64,000 bases of DNA from Candidatus Marinacidobacterales bacterium (GTDB lineage Bacteria; Acidobacteriota; Vicinamibacteria; Marinacidobacterales; SMYC01), in assembly GCA_965237955.1 (NCBI GenBank), contig OZ250169.1, positions 64,001 to 128,000 of the forward strand, in the 5' to 3' direction. Below are positions 1-13,377 of the stretch, piece after piece. A program made the position numbers and the translations under genes. Every line of letters begins with the position of its first letter. Position 1 is the first letter of the stretch. The notes under the pieces are model-generated. The model made no database searches, had not been told where the DNA came from, and saw nothing but the letters and a program-made list of their open reading frames with translations.

Positions 1-727
1 GGTTTCAACACGTTGATGTGGAACCTGCGCGGCGAGGCCTTGGAGACGGATATCCACGAGCACCTGCTGGAAGATGAGAAGGGTATGGCGCACGTTGGCC
101 GTTTCGGTGAAGGCACGCCCGGAATCGCGGTGGTTCCCGGCAGGTACCAGGTTCGTCTCTCGGTCGGCGAGTGGATCCAGACGCAGCCCCTGCAAATCGA
201 GATCCTTCCCAACCTGAGCACGACGGTGGAAGCGCTCCAGGAACAGTATGACCTGGCAGCGGAAATCGCCTGGAAGCTGAAGGAGGTCTACGACGGCCTC
301 ACCACCTTGCAAGACATCAAGGCGCAGACGACGGGGATCCTCAATCGCATCAAGAAGGCCGGCATCGAGGCGGGAGAGATATCGGAAGCGGCCAAGGCGA
401 TGACCGCGAAGCTGAGCGAGATCGAGAAAAAGATGACTCGAGGTCCAGTCGGCTTCCAAGATAGTGGAGGCTCCATCACACCCATGCTGGACAGCCAGTT
501 GGTACTGCTGTATGTCTACGTCGACGGCGGGAGCGTACGCGCGCTTCAACGATCTGAAGCCCAAGGTGGCGGAGCTGATGGGGAAGCTCCAGGAGGTGAT
601 CTCGACCGATCTCGCCGCCTTCAACGAGAAGGTGCGCGCGCAGAACGTGCCGCCGGTGGTCGTTGCCCCGGCGGCCTCGACCACCACGGAGCAAAGCGAT
701 GGCTCGTCCACGTTCACCAAGCGCTAG
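1..727 (+). pseudogene. 3' part of a large secreted glycosyl hydrolase/VPS10(BNR)-type protein, frameshifted near 528
   Basis: Frame 1 (..PGRYQVRL..LQEQYDLA..) switches near 528 to the frame ending ..GAYARFNDLKPK..DLAAFNEKVRAQNVPPVV*. This resembles the typical C-terminal helical tail of this family. The 5' end lies outside the window. Confidence 0.55.
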
Positions 728-2278
728 TTCGAAGCAAAACCGATGAAAAAGGAACAAATGAATGCTGTCACAGTTCCACGGTTAAAACCCTGACCATTGT
801 CACGCATCCGCCATTAGTTCATGACTACTGACTTGGCAGAATCGCCAGTTTTTCTTGCCGGGACTTGCTCATAAATTCATCAAATTTTGTGTAGAACTCA
901 TCAATGGACATACCAATATTCTTCTCAAAGGAGCTCTTCCATCCAAGCTTGGGCAAATCCTGGAAAAAGTCTTTATAAAATGCGTCATAACCGGCTTGAT
1001 GGACAATCCATGCTATGGCCCAGGAACCAGTCTTATACAGCAGGGTGCTTTCGGTCTCTTTACCGGCTCTTTCTCTAATCTGGTCCAGGTTCAGATCTTG
1101 CGATTCTGACAGAAAAAAATCCGGATTGCTTACGCGGAAGGATTCGATTGTGGTCATCCTTTTATCCATCTCGTTTGTAAAGTCCTTGATCCCAGATTGA
1201 CTGCCTACCCAGCCTTTCTTGCCCGCGATATACCAGCTCAGGTAGTCAGCCGACTCTTCCGCTATCCACCTGGGTCCTGGCCGCATGGGGTCGGTAGCCT
1301 CAAGAGACGAATGCCTTGAACGGGTACCCGGACCAAAGTGGGATATCCATTTTCTCAAATAGAAAGAGTCTTGGTACGCGTGGGTGTACTCGTGTAATCC
1401 AGTCCGCCGGAGCTCGGAGCTGTTCTTCCCACGCGCGTGCGGACTGACGAACGTTATCTGCTTGACCGGCGTGTCCGCGTCGCGTGCCGTGGAGAGACCT
1501 GCTCCAGAAATCCCGTTTGCCGCGTTTGAAATCAGTTGCCCGTTGTGGCTAACGCACAGACCAATCTGGGGTTCAAAGTCCTCTGGGTATCTTGAATTGA
1601 CCTTATTCTTGCAAAAGACTCTGACCAGGTCCTCAACCGATTCTGCGTCAGGGCCTAAAATAAAGATATTCAGTGGGCCATAGTTGCCCAGAATATTTCT
1701 GCCTTCATTAATGCCATCTTTTATGGCATTGACCGTGGCTTGATAATAGCTATCATCGTAGTCGGTAATGTAATAGGTCGGCTCATCACTGATCTCATGG
1801 TTCTGTTTCGGTTCAGCTGGAACATGACAGTCCTGAAGTTAAAATACGCACATGGAAAAAGGAGCTGTCATGAGCAAAGGTCGTCGTCGTCACACTGCGG
1901 AGCAAAAGGCAGAGCTGTTGCGCCAGCACGTTGCCGAGAAAAAGCCGGTCTCGGAGGTATGCAACGAGGCAGAAATCCAGCCGAGCCTGTTCTACACATG
2001 GCAAAGGGAGCTATTGGCTGGAGCCCATACGGTGTTTTCGTTCCGTCGTGCGCCGAGCCGTGAGAAGGAGCTAGAGGAGAAGCTCTCCCGTCTCGAGGCG
2101 AAGGTGGCCCGTAAGGATCAGATCATCGCTGAGGTGACCGAAGAAAAAAAAACTTGGGGAAGCCTGAGTGGTGCCTGGATTCCCCATGACCGTCGTGACG
2201 AGGTTGTCGACTTCGTGAACACAATCGCCACCAAGACCCAGCTTCCGGTGAACCGCTCCGTGTTTTCCGGAGACTGTT

Positions 2279-3510
<1,232 letters not shown>

Positions 3511-5246
3511 GACTCCATCCTCTCAAGAGTTGGAGTCTCCGGAAAACCCGGGGCGGTTCACGGTCCAGCAGATCGTTCAGTGGTGCGGGATCGCTCGGGG
3601 CAAGTTCTACGACTGGCGCAAGCGGTACGGGAAGGTGAATGAGCACAACGGCCTGGTGCCGCGGGATCACTGGATCGAAGAATGGGAGCGCCAGTCCGTG
3701 ATCGACTACTTCGACTGCCACCCACTGGACGGGTATCGCCGACTCACGTTCATGATGCTGGACGAAGACGTGGTGGCAGTTAGCCCCTCGACGACGTACC
3801 GGGTGTTGTCGAAGGCGGGTCGTCTGGACCGTTGGAACCCGAAGCCGTCGAAGAAGGGAACGGGCTTCGTTCAGCCGCTGCGAGCGCACCAGCACTGGCA
3901 CACGGATATCTCGTACTTGAACCTGGGTGGGACGTTCTACTACCTCTGCTCGTTTCTGGATGGTGCGAGCCGCGCGGTGGTTCACTGGGAGATTCGTGAG
4001 TCGATGACGGAAGCGGATGTGGAGTGCATCTTGGAGCGAGCAAAGGAGCGGTACCCCGATGCGCGGCCTCGAATCATCTCGGACAACGGTCCGCAGTACA
4101 TCGCGAAGGACTTCAAGGCATTCATCCGCATCTCAGGGATGACGCACGTGAGGACCGCGCCGTACTACCCGCAATCGAACGGGAAGATCGAGCGTTGGCA
4201 CAAGACGATAAAATCGGACGCCCTGCGTCCTGCCAGCCCCACGAGCCTCGAAGAGGCTCGCCGCTTGATGGAACGATTCGTCGAATATTACAACGGGGTT
4301 CGCCTGCACAGCGCGATCGGCTACATTGCGCCGCTGGACTTCATGGATGGCAAGGCCACCCAGATCTGGTCGGAGCGAGACCGCAAACTCGAGCAGGCTC
4401 GGAAGCTGCGGCGTGAGCGCCGTGCGAACAAGGTGCCCGCATGAACACTCTGATCCCAGGAGCCCCACTCCGTTCCCTCTCGCCCACAAGCATTGAGTAC
4501 CAGAGAGCGCAGGGGGCGTCAAGGGCGGCGAAGCCGGCGCGCGCAGCGCGCTTTACCCTTGACGCCCCCGAGCACTCTGGTACGATCCCTGGGGCGATAG
4601 GGGACATCCTGCCGCCGGGCGTTGCGTTAACGTCCAACCTCGCTGTCATCTTCACGCTGAACCAATACAGTTCCAGCTGAGGGTTTCGGAAAATGGAATT
4701 ATGTTGGGTATTCTTGAGACATTGACCGCGTTGCCATTGGCGTCTTCTCCGGTCACGATTATGTTCATTTTGTCGGAGTAACCCCACACTTCGGGGGTGC
4801 AGGCAATTTCAAGCGTGCCATTTGCCGGCAAAGTCCCGCCCTCGTATATGACTGTCGCGACTAATGTGGTTCCCTCCAGAAACTCCAGCTCGACTGTCTT
4901 CACCGTAACCTGCACTCCGCTATGCTCAGAGAGGACCACATTGAATTCCGACCACAAATAGCGGACGACAGGCTCCCAGAGCAACACGAGTGGGTCGGCA
5001 GAAACTTCTATCATCACCTGAGCCTTAGGCTGTGCAAGCTCAGGCGCTCCCAGCGTGATTTTAGCGCCATATGTGAAGAACAGGAACGGGCAGACCAAAA
5101 AAACCAGCAGTAGTTTTTTTCTCATAGCATCGTCTCCTTATTGAAAAATTTTGCCTCCTCCTCTGTTGATGGAAGGGTGTCAGATCAAGTCGTGGCTAGC
5201 TCAGTTTAAAATCCTGACCATTGTCACGCACGCGCTCAGTTCATGA

Positions 5247-6671
5247 CTACTGACTTGGCAGAATCGCCAGTTTTTCTTGCCGGGACTTGCTCATGAATTC
5301 ATCAAATTTTGTGTAGAACTCATCAACGGACATACCAATATTCTTCTCAAAGGAGCTCTTCCATCCAATCTTGGGCAAATCCTGGTAAAAGTCTTTATAC
5401 AATGCGTCATAACCGGCTTGATGGACAATCCACGCTATGGCCCAGGAACCAGCCTTATACAGTAGGGTACCTGCTTCATCGACTCTTTCTTTAACCTGGT
5501 CGTGGGTCAAATCTTGCGATTCTGACAGAAAAAAATCCGGATTGCTTGCGCGGAAGGATTCGATTTGGGTCATCCTTTTATCCATCTCATTTGTGAAGTC
5601 CTGTATCCCAGATTGACTGCCTACCCAGCCTTTCTTGCCCGCGATATACCAGCTCAAGTAGTCAGCCGACCCTTCCATTATCCAAGTGGGTCCTGGCCGC
5701 ATGGGGTCGGTAGCCTCGAGAGACGAATGCTTTAAAGGGGTACCCGGACCAAAGTGGGAGATCCATTTTCTCAAATAGAAAGCGCTTTGGTACGCGTGGG
5801 TGTACTCGTGTAATCCAGTCCGCCGGAGCTCGGAGCTGTTCTTCCCACGCGCGTGCGGACTGACGAACGTTATCTGCTTGACCGGCGTGTCCGCGTCGCG
5901 TGCCGTGGAGAGACTTGCTTCAGAAATCCCGTTTGCCGCGTTTGAAATCAGATGCTCGTTGTGGCTAACGCACAGACCAATCTGGGTTTCAGAGTCCTCT
6001 GGGTACCTTGAACTGAACTTATTCTTGCAAAAGACTCTGACCAGGTCCTCAACCGATTCTGCGTCAGGGCCTAAAATGAAAACATTCAGTGGGCCATAGT
6101 TGCCCAGAATATTTCTGCCTTCATTAATGCCATCTTTTATGGCATTGACAGTGGCTTGATAATAGCTATCATCGTAGTCGGTAATGTAATAGGTCGGCTC
6201 ATCACTGATCTCATGGTTCCAGCTGAGGGTTTCGGAAAATGGAATTATGTTGGGTATTCTTGAGACATTGACGGCGTTGCCATTAGCGTCTTCTCCGGTC
6301 ACGATTATGTTCATTTTGTCGGAGTAACCCCACACTACGGGGGTGCAGGCAATTTCAAGCGTGCCATTTGCCGGCAAAGTCCCGCCCTCGTATATGACTG
6401 TCGCGACTAATGTGGTTCCCTCCAGAAACTCCAGCTCGACTGTCTTCACCGTAACCTGCACTCCGCTATGCTCAGAGAGGACCACATTGAATTCCGACCA
6501 CAAATAGCGGACGACAGGCTCCCAGAGCAACACGAGTGGGTCGGCAGAAACTTCTATCATCACCTGAGCCTTGGGCTCTGCAAGCTCAGGCGCTCCCAGC
6601 GTGATTTTAGCGCCATAAGTGAAGAACAGGAACGGGCAGACCAAAAAAACCAGCGGCATTTTTTTTCTCAT
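5247..6671 (-). CDS. Secreted HExxH zinc metallopeptidase-like protein (gluzincin/MA-type), copy B, intact
   Basis: Signal-peptide-like N-terminus, LHEYTHAYQ, and a downstream WIMEGSADY as the likely third zinc ligand. RBS AAGGAG upstream. Confidence 0.75.
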   Translation of the reverse strand: MRKKMPLVFLVCPFLFFTYGAKITLGAPELAEPKAQVMIEVSADPLVLLWEPVVRYLWSEFNVVLSEHSGVQVTVKTVELEFLEGTTLVATVIYEGGTLPANGTLEIACTPVVWGYSDKMNIIVTGEDANGNAVNVSRIPNIIPFSETLSWNHEISDEPTYYITDYDDSYYQATVNAIKDGINEGRNILGNYGPLNVFILGPDAESVEDLVRVFCKNKFSSRYPEDSETQIGLCVSHNEHLISNAANGISEASLSTARDADTPVKQITFVSPHARGKNSSELRRTGLHEYTHAYQSAFYLRKWISHFGPGTPLKHSSLEATDPMRPGPTWIMEGSADYLSWYIAGKKGWVGSQSGIQDFTNEMDKRMTQIESFRASNPDFFLSESQDLTHDQVKERVDEAGTLLYKAGSWAIAWIVHQAGYDALYKDFYQDLPKIGWKSSFEKNIGMSVDEFYTKFDEFMSKSRQEKLAILPSQ

Positions 6672-6940
6672 AGCATCGTCTCCTTAATTTGAAAAGTTTT
6701 TTGAATCCCTTGCCATGGAGCGAAGTGGGGTATTATTGCAAACAGTAGCAGTGTTCCTCCGGTATTCCGAAAAACGCCCCCTCAGGGAAAAAATCTTTAA
6801 GGCCTACATCAACCGCTGTAATAATAATGATGAGCTAATCCAAAAGGAAGTTACCAAATGAGAAAAATGAGCTTAAAAGCCTTTTTCATTCTGTTTCCCT
6901 CCATGGGTCTGATCTTGCTCCGGTTTCGTGGACATGTTTG

Positions 6941-7816
6941 CTAAGCAACTCGCTTCTCTTTCAGGAGTGTGCGTTCGAATTCGATCGGGCTGATGTTGCC
7001 GAGAGTCGAGTGGCGCCGCGTCGGGTTGTAGAAGTTGGCGATGTAGTCGACGGTGGCCCAGCGCGCTTGAGCGCGAGTAGGAAGAACCAGTCGATAGAGA
7101 GCCTCGGTCTTTAGCGTGCCGAAGAAGCTCTCGACAACGGCGTTATCCCAGCAGTCACCTTTGCCGCTCATGCTGCACTCGATTCCGTGGCGTCGCAAGA
7201 ACTCTCGATACTCTCGGCTCGCGTACTGCACACCACGATCCGAATGGTGAATCATTCCGCGCGGCGGTCTTCGATAACGCACGGCCATTTGAAGCGCGGA
7301 GATAGCGAGGTCTGTCCGAAGGTGACTCGCCGTCGCCCAACCGATCACACGTCTCGAGAATAGGTCGATGACCACGGCCAAGTACAACCAGCCTTCCCAC
7401 GTGCGGATGTAGGTAATGTCCGCGGCCCAGGTTTCGTTGGGTGTCTTGGGAAAGAACTGCCGCTGCACGAGATTGGGAGCCACGGGTCGCAAATGCGAAG
7501 AATCCGTCGTCTTCCGAAAACGTTTCGGGAGACGTGCGCACAGCCCGCTTTCTCTCATCAAACGAGCCACGCGCCGACGTCCAACGGACTCGCCATCTGC
7601 TCGGAGCTCGTCGACCATGCGAGGGCTCCCGTACACCTCACGGTTTGCCCGGAAGGACGATACGACTTTCGCAGACAAGCGTCGGTCTTCGAGCGCGCGA
7701 CGACTCGGTTTCCGCTTCAGCCACGCGTAGAAACCGCTTCGCGATACTTCGAGTTGACGGCACATCCACGAGACATTGAACTCGAGGCGTTGAGCAACGA
7801 TCGCCGCAAACTTCAT
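6941..7816 (-). CDS. IS3-family transposase OrfB
   Basis: WAADITY, HHSDRG and DNAVVESFF. Confidence 0.93.
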   Translation of the reverse strand: MKFAAIVAQRLEFNVSWMCRQLEVSRSGFYAWLKRKPSRRALEDRRLSAKVVSSFRANREVYGSPRMVDELRADGESVGRRRVARLMRESGLCARLPKRFRKTTDSSHLRPVAPNLVQRQFFPKTPNETWAADITYIRTWEGWLYLAVVIDLFSRRVIGWATASHLRTDLAISALQMAVRYRRPPRGMIHHSDRGVQYASREYREFLRRHGIECSMSGKGDCWDNAVVESFFGTLKTEALYRLVLPTRAQARWATVDYIANFYNPTRRHSTLGNISPIEFERTLLKEKRVA

Positions 7817-8112
7817 TTCTTCACGCTCGCGAAGTACGCCGCCGTTTTTTTTAGGAAATCTCGCTCCATCCGAAGATCGCGCACTTCTTTTCGTAGGCTT
7901 CGCAGCTCTTCAAGTTCTTCGCTTGTCAGCGTGCCAGGCCCGCCCTCACCACGGTCGATTCTGTCCTGTCTCACCCAAGCATACAGAGACGTCTCCGTCA
8001 CATCGATATCCCGCGCTAGCTCGCTCACCGGCTTACCCGTCTCGCGCACCAGGCGAACCGCCTCGGCTCTGAACTCCTTCGTGAATTGACGACGCTTCTT
8101 TTTCTCTGCCAT
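7813..8112 (-). CDS. IS3-family transposase OrfA
   Basis: RRQFTKEFRAEAVRL..MERDFLKKTAAYFA, with an A-rich slippery site near 7846-7852. Confidence 0.9.
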   Translation of the reverse strand: MAEKKKRRQFTKEFRAEAVRLVRETGKPVSELARDIDVTETSLYAWVRQDRIDRGEGGPGTLTSEELEELRSLRKEVRDLRMERDFLKKTAAYFASVKK

Positions 8113-11068
8113 TTGAACACCCATATATATCTCCGTTCGTTAGGTGTCCACTGAAGCGAAGCAAGTCCAGTCTTATTTCCATATTCTTAACAGCGAGCGC
8201 ATGCGCGCCGCGAGATCACCGGGACAAGAACCCAAGACAGAAACTTCTCATGGACGAAGGCTGGCGTTTCTACCGGGGAAGGATAGAGGGATTCACTCCC
8301 TTGCCTCGGGGAAAGACCATAGAGAAGTGGCGCTGGAAGATGAGCAAGGAGAAAGAGATGGCGGCGCCCGGGCTCGATATCCCCGGTTGGGAGGAGACGG
8401 AGGAGGGCAGCGGCGCGTTCTTCTTCAGCGGGAGGATCGGTGAGGCGGAAAAGATGGCGGCGCCCGGGCTCGATATCTCCGCTTGGGAGGAGACGGAGCC
8501 GGGTAGCGATGTGTTTGAGGGCAGGGAGGGTCTTGCCTGGTTTCGCGCGGAGCTCGGAGCATCGCCGACCGGATGGTCTCGGCTTTATTTTCAATCCGTG
8601 GGCGACAACGCGACCATTTACGTCAACGGGAAGAGGCTCCTCTACCACGAGGGAGCTGACGATCCGTTCGAGGTCACTCTGGGCTCCGCCTGGAACAGGG
8701 GTGGGCCGAACGAGCTGGCGGTGCTGGTGCACAACACCGGGGGCCGCGGCGGCATTGACGGTGCGGTCCTGTATAACAGGCCGGCCCTGTGGGAAGACGA
8801 CGAGAAGATGCGGTCGGTGAAGACGGCGTCCGTCGACTTCGACGACAGCGGCTGGGAAGAAGTCCGCGTTCCCCACGACTTCGTGGTGGGGGGCGAGTTC
8901 GACCCCAAGGGGGCGGACAAGCCCCATGGTAAAAGGCCCGGCGGCTTCCAGCTCTGGTACGACAGGGACCATGGTTACAAGCCCAAGGGCGTCGGCTGGT
9001 ACCGCCGCGGCTTCGAGCTCCCGGCCGCGGACAAGGGCAAGCGGATTTGGCTTCAGTTCGACGGCGTTTACAGGAACAGCGACGTCTGGGTAAACGGTCA
9101 CTGGCTCGGTCACTACTGGAGTGGCTACACGGGCTTTTATTACGACATCACCGACGCGGCGAACTTCGGCGGGAAGAATGTGGTGACGGTGCGTGCCGAC
9201 GCGGACTGGGATGAGGGCTGGTGGTATGAGGGCGGAGGCATCTACCGCCACGTCTGGCTGACGAAGATCGACCCCCTGCACGTCGGTCACTGGGGGACCT
9301 TCGTCACCACGCCGGAGGTCACGAACGAGCTGGCTGAGGTCAACATCAAGACGACGGTGGTCAACGACGGCGCGGAGTCGATGGAGTGCACGCTCACGAG
9401 CACGATTACCGACATAGAAGGCAACTCGGTAGTGACGTCCGAGGCGGAGCAGAATATCCCAGCGGGTCAGGAGTACGAATTCAGCCAGGACGTGACGAAT
9501 GACTTCGCAGGAGTGGGCGTCGCCCTGCCGGACAGGATCAACGTTTACAAGATAGAAAAGCTCAAGGAGATGGGTGCCAACGCCTACCGCGCTGCGCACA
9601 ACCCGCCGACCGTGGAGGTACTGGAAGCGTGCGACCGCTTGGGGATGCTGGTGATGAATGAGAACCGCCACCTGGGTGATTCGGAGGAGGTGCTGGCCAC
9701 CGTGGAAAGCTTGGTGCGGCGCGACAGGAACCACCCCAGCATCGTCCTCTGGAGCATGTACAACGGGGGGTTGGGGCGGCGGCGCGTCGAGGAGGCACGC
9801 AAACGGGTGCAGGCGGTGTATGACGTAATCAAGCGGCTGGACCCCTACCGACCCACCACCGGGCCCGTGGGACCACTCGGAGGCGCGCGCTCGCCTGATG
9901 AGATTGATTTATTAGAAGGTCTCTTAACCTTGATGGACGTCATCGATGTCAGGGGTTTCAACCCGGATACTTACGGCGAATACCATGCTGAGAATCCGGA
10001 GCGCCCGATGGTCGCCCTCGAGACCGCCTATGCTAAGACGACGCGCGGGGTCTATGACGAGGACGCAAAGAAAGGCCATCGCAGCTGCTACAACCCCAGG
10101 GCCGAAGCGGACCTGGCGCATGGTGGCCGAGTCTGATTACGTGGCGGGCGGATTCGTCTGGAATGGCATGGACTATCGCGGCGAGCCGTATCCCCATGAC
10201 TGGCCAGCGATCAACGCACAATACGGCTTCATGGACACCTGCGCTTTTCCCAAGGACGACTATTACTACTACAAGTCGAGCTGGAGCGGCGAGACCGTCC
10301 TTCACCTATTCCCTCACTGGAACTGGGCCGACAGAGAGGAGAGCGATAGGATAATCGACGTCCGGTCCTACACCAACTGCGAGAGCGTCGAGCTGTTTCT
10401 CAACGGCGAGAGCAGGGGACGGCAGGACAGGCAGCCGTACTCGAGCCTGTCGTGGAAGGTCGAGTGGGAGCCGGGAGTGCTTACGGCGAAGTGCTTCCAG
10501 GACGGAGAGGTCGTCGCCGAGACCAGGCGCGAGACGACGGGGGAGCCGGCCGGGGATCCGTCCCGCTTCCCGTGGAAATAAGAATGGCGTAACCTCCGGT
10601 TAAACAAAACGAAACCGCGCCTGGAAAGGCGAGGAGGAGGATTACGCCATGAAGAAGCCTACCACCATATCGAAGGAGTCTGTAAGCGAGTACCGGGAGT
10701 TCGTCCAACTTCGGCTGCGTAAGCGGGTACTGGAGGCAATCGAGGTCGTGCTCGAGGAAGAAGTCAACCAAGCGCTGGGGTGTGGTAGCTACGAGCGTGC
10801 GGAAGACCGCCGTGGATATCGCAACGGAGCCGAAACCCGTCGCGTGACTGCGTATTCCGGGGCATCGTGAACGCAGATTCCAGCCGAAGGTGAACATCCA
10901 TTCCAAAGCATCGTGAACACGGATTCCGGGGATCGTGAACATCGATTCCGGGGAAGGTGAACACGGATTCCAGGCAACGTGAACGCCGGTTCCGGCATCG
11001 CGAACGCTCATCGATAGCACGTTTCAAGGCAACTCTAGGTCGTACCCGGAAGGAGGACGATCTAGGAA

Positions 11069-12625
11069 ATGGCAGCTAAGAGGTTATCGATGAGAAAAAC
11101 ACGAGAGGTTCTAAGGTTAAAGTACGAGCTGGGTTTTACTCACCGCATGATCGCAAAGGCACTTCGCGTGGCGGTTGGAACGGTGAGTGAGTACCTGGCC
11201 AAGGCGAAGAAGGGTGGTCTGAGCTGGCCGCTCCCGGAGGAGCTGAGCGACGGGGAGCTGGAGGCAGGGCTGTTTCCGCCGCCGGGCTCGTCTGGCGCAC
11301 GGCCGGGTCTGGACTATGCCCACATCCACGAGGAGCTGAGGCGTCACCGAGAGCTGACGTTGCTGCAGCTGTGGGTGGAGTACGCGGAGAATAAGCCGGG
11401 AGCGTACGGCTACAGCCGTTATTGCGAGCTGTACGGTCAGTGGAAGAAGAAGCTGAACCCGACGATGCGTCAACGGCATCGAGCAGGCGAGAAGACATTC
11501 GTCGATTTTTCGGGGAAGAAGCCTCACATCGTCGATCCGAAAACGGGAGAGCTCGTCGAAATGGAGCTGTTCGTCGGGACGTTGGGCGCGAGCAGTTACA
11601 CCTACGTCGAAGCGACACTGAACCAGTCGCTGGAATCGTGGGCGAAGGCCCATAAGGGGATGTCGGATTACTTCGGTGGCAGTACGGAGATCTGGGTTCC
11701 GGACAACTTGAAGAGCGGCGTGGATTTGGTGGACCGTTACGAGCCAGGGATCAACCGGACGTACGAAGAGCTGGCGACGCATTACGGTGCGGTTGTGGTC
11801 CCGGCTCGGGTGTTCAAGCCGAAAGACAAAGCGAAGGTGGAGTCGGCAGTGCAGGTGGCGCAGCGCTGGATCCTGGCGGTGCTTCGTCATCGCACGTTCT
11901 TCAGCCTGGCGGAACTGAACGAAGCCATCTGGGAGAAGTTAGAGGTCCTGAATGCGCGTCCGATGCAGAAGCTCGGTGTGAGTCGGCGGGAGTTGTACGA
12001 AAGGCTAGACCGGCCCGTACTGAAACCGCTACCGCAGGAGAGCTACGAGTTATCGACGTGGAAGCGGTGCAGAGTGAACATCGACTACCACGTGGAGGTG
12101 GAGAACAACTTGTACAGCGTTCCCTATCAGCTCATTCACGAGAAAGTCGAGGCACGGGTGACGGCCTCGGTGGTGGAGGTCCTGTTCAAGGGAAAGCGCG
12201 TCGCGTCGCATCCCCGCAAGAAAGGAAAGGGGCACTACTCCACGAACCCGGAGCATATGCCACGTTCGCATCGGGAGCACCTGGAGTGGACGCCGTCGCG
12301 GCTGCTCCACTGGGCGGAGCAGTCAGGTCGCGCCACGGGAAGGCTGGTTGCGGGGATTCTAGAGAGTCGGCCTCACCCGGAGCAGGGATTTCGCTCTTGC
12401 CTGGGAGTCATGCGACTAGGCAGCCGCTGGGGCAGTGAGCGTCTCGAGGCCGCTTGCGCACGAGCGGAAGCTTTGAGCTCTTACAGCTATCGCACGGTGA
12501 AAAACATTCTCTCGGCTGGTCTGGATCGTGTGGTGCTCGAATCGGACGCCGAAGCGAAACCGCGAGAGGAGCACGAGAACATCCGAGGCGCGGATCACTA
12601 CGAAGGAGGAGAGTCCCGATGCTGA
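11069..12625 (+). CDS. istA: IS21 transposase IstA
   Basis: HTH, FVDFSG, PDNLKS and KDKAKVE motifs. Confidence 0.95.
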   Translation: MAAKRLSMRKTREVLRLKYELGFTHRMIAKALRVAVGTVSEYLAKAKKGGLSWPLPEELSDGELEAGLFPPPGSSGARPGLDYAHIHEELRRHRELTLLQLWVEYAENKPGAYGYSRYCELYGQWKKKLNPTMRQRHRAGEKTFVDFSGKKPHIVDPKTGELVEMELFVGTLGASSYTYVEATLNQSLESWAKAHKGMSDYFGGSTEIWVPDNLKSGVDLVDRYEPGINRTYEELATHYGAVVVPARVFKPKDKAKVESAVQVAQRWILAVLRHRTFFSLAELNEAIWEKLEVLNARPMQKLGVSRRELYERLDRPVLKPLPQESYELSTWKRCRVNIDYHVEVENNLYSVPYQLIHEKVEARVTASVVEVLFKGKRVASHPRKKGKGHYSTNPEHMPRSHREHLEWTPSRLLHWAEQSGRATGRLVAGILESRPHPEQGFRSCLGVMRLGSRWGSERLEAACARAEALSSYSYRTVKNILSAGLDRVVLESDAEAKPREEHENIRGADHYEGGESRC

Positions 12626-13377
12626 CACCCGAAACGATAGAAAAGATGAACGCCATGAAGTTGTTCGGCTTGGTGTCCGCGTTCGAAACCCAGTTGAGCT
12701 CGAGCGAATACAAGGAGCTGAGCTTCGAGGAACGTGTGGGACTCCTGGTCGATGCCGAGTGGACCGCCCGCGAACAGCGTAAGCTTTCTCGACGACTGCG
12801 AGCGGCAAAGCTCCGCTATCCGGCATGTTTGGAGAACGTGAACTTCCAAGCGCCTCGAGGCTTAAACCGCGAACAGATCTTGAGCCTGGGCAACTGCCGC
12901 TTTGTCGGTGAGCGCCATAACCTGCTCATCACCGGCCCGACGGGGATTGGCAAATCGTTCTTGGCTTGCGCCTTCGTGGAGCGGGCCTGTCGTCGCGGCT
13001 TCACCGGATGCTACGTGCGAGCACCGCGCTTGCTCCACGAGCTCGCGGTCGCTCGTGGTGATGGTTCCTACGCCCGGCTTTTGACGAAACTCGCCAAGCT
13101 GGACTTACTGGCTATCGATGACTGGCTGCTTCACTCGCTGAAAGAATCGGAGAGACGGGATCTAATGGAGGTCATCGAAGACCGCGCCGAGCGTGGCTCC
13201 ACACTCATCGCGACCCAGATTCCGCTCAAGCAGTGGCACGAAGCGATTGGCGACCCAAACCAGGCAGACGCTATCTGCGATCGCATTCTCCACAGCGCGC
13301 ACCGCATCACTCTCAAAGGAGCTTCTCTGAGAAAGACCAAGGCTGCGCCAAAGGCATTTGACAACGCCGATGCATGA
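12619..13377 (+). CDS. istB: IS21 helper ATPase IstB
   Basis: Walker A GPTGIGKS, LLAIDDW and ADAICDRI. The ATG overlaps the istA stop. Confidence 0.95.
   Translation: MLTPETIEKMNAMKLFGLVSAFETQLSSSEYKELSFEERVGLLVDAEWTAREQRKLSRRLRAAKLRYPACLENVNFQAPRGLNREQILSLGNCRFVGERHNLLITGPTGIGKSFLACAFVERACRRGFTGCYVRAPRLLHELAVARGDGSYARLLTKLAKLDLLAIDDWLLHSLKESERRDLMEVIEDRAERGSTLIATQIPLKQWHEAIGDPNQADAICDRILHSAHRITLKGASLRKTKAAPKAFDNADA

Larger units (their letters stand above)
6910..8169 (-). mobile_element. IS3-family element
   Basis: Inverted repeats TGATCTTGCTCCGGTTTCGTGGACA / TGGACTTGCTTCGCTTCAGTGGACA with a 3-bp duplication GTC. orfA is 7813-8112 and orfB 6941-7816. Confidence 0.95.

Noticed and set aside
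781-830. Shared 3' flank of the two protease copies as an integron attC site
   Set aside because: There is no RYYYAAC..GTTRRRY pair or long imperfect palindrome, and no integron integrase.
6726-6740. Possible sigma54 promoter upstream of GH2 (TGGGGTATTATTGCA)
   Set aside because: The GG to GC spacing is 9, not the required 10.
8187-9734. Long antisense ORFs (also 22738-23823, 31392-32429, 59173-59970 and others)
   Set aside because: They are shadow frames of GC-rich genes that have clear motifs on the opposite strand.
10849-11010. Regularly spaced GTGAAC..ATTCC repeats resembling a CRISPR array (also 47926-48090, and inverted at the right ends)
   Set aside because: They are the subterminal transposase-binding repeats of IS21. 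There are no unique spacers and no cas genes.
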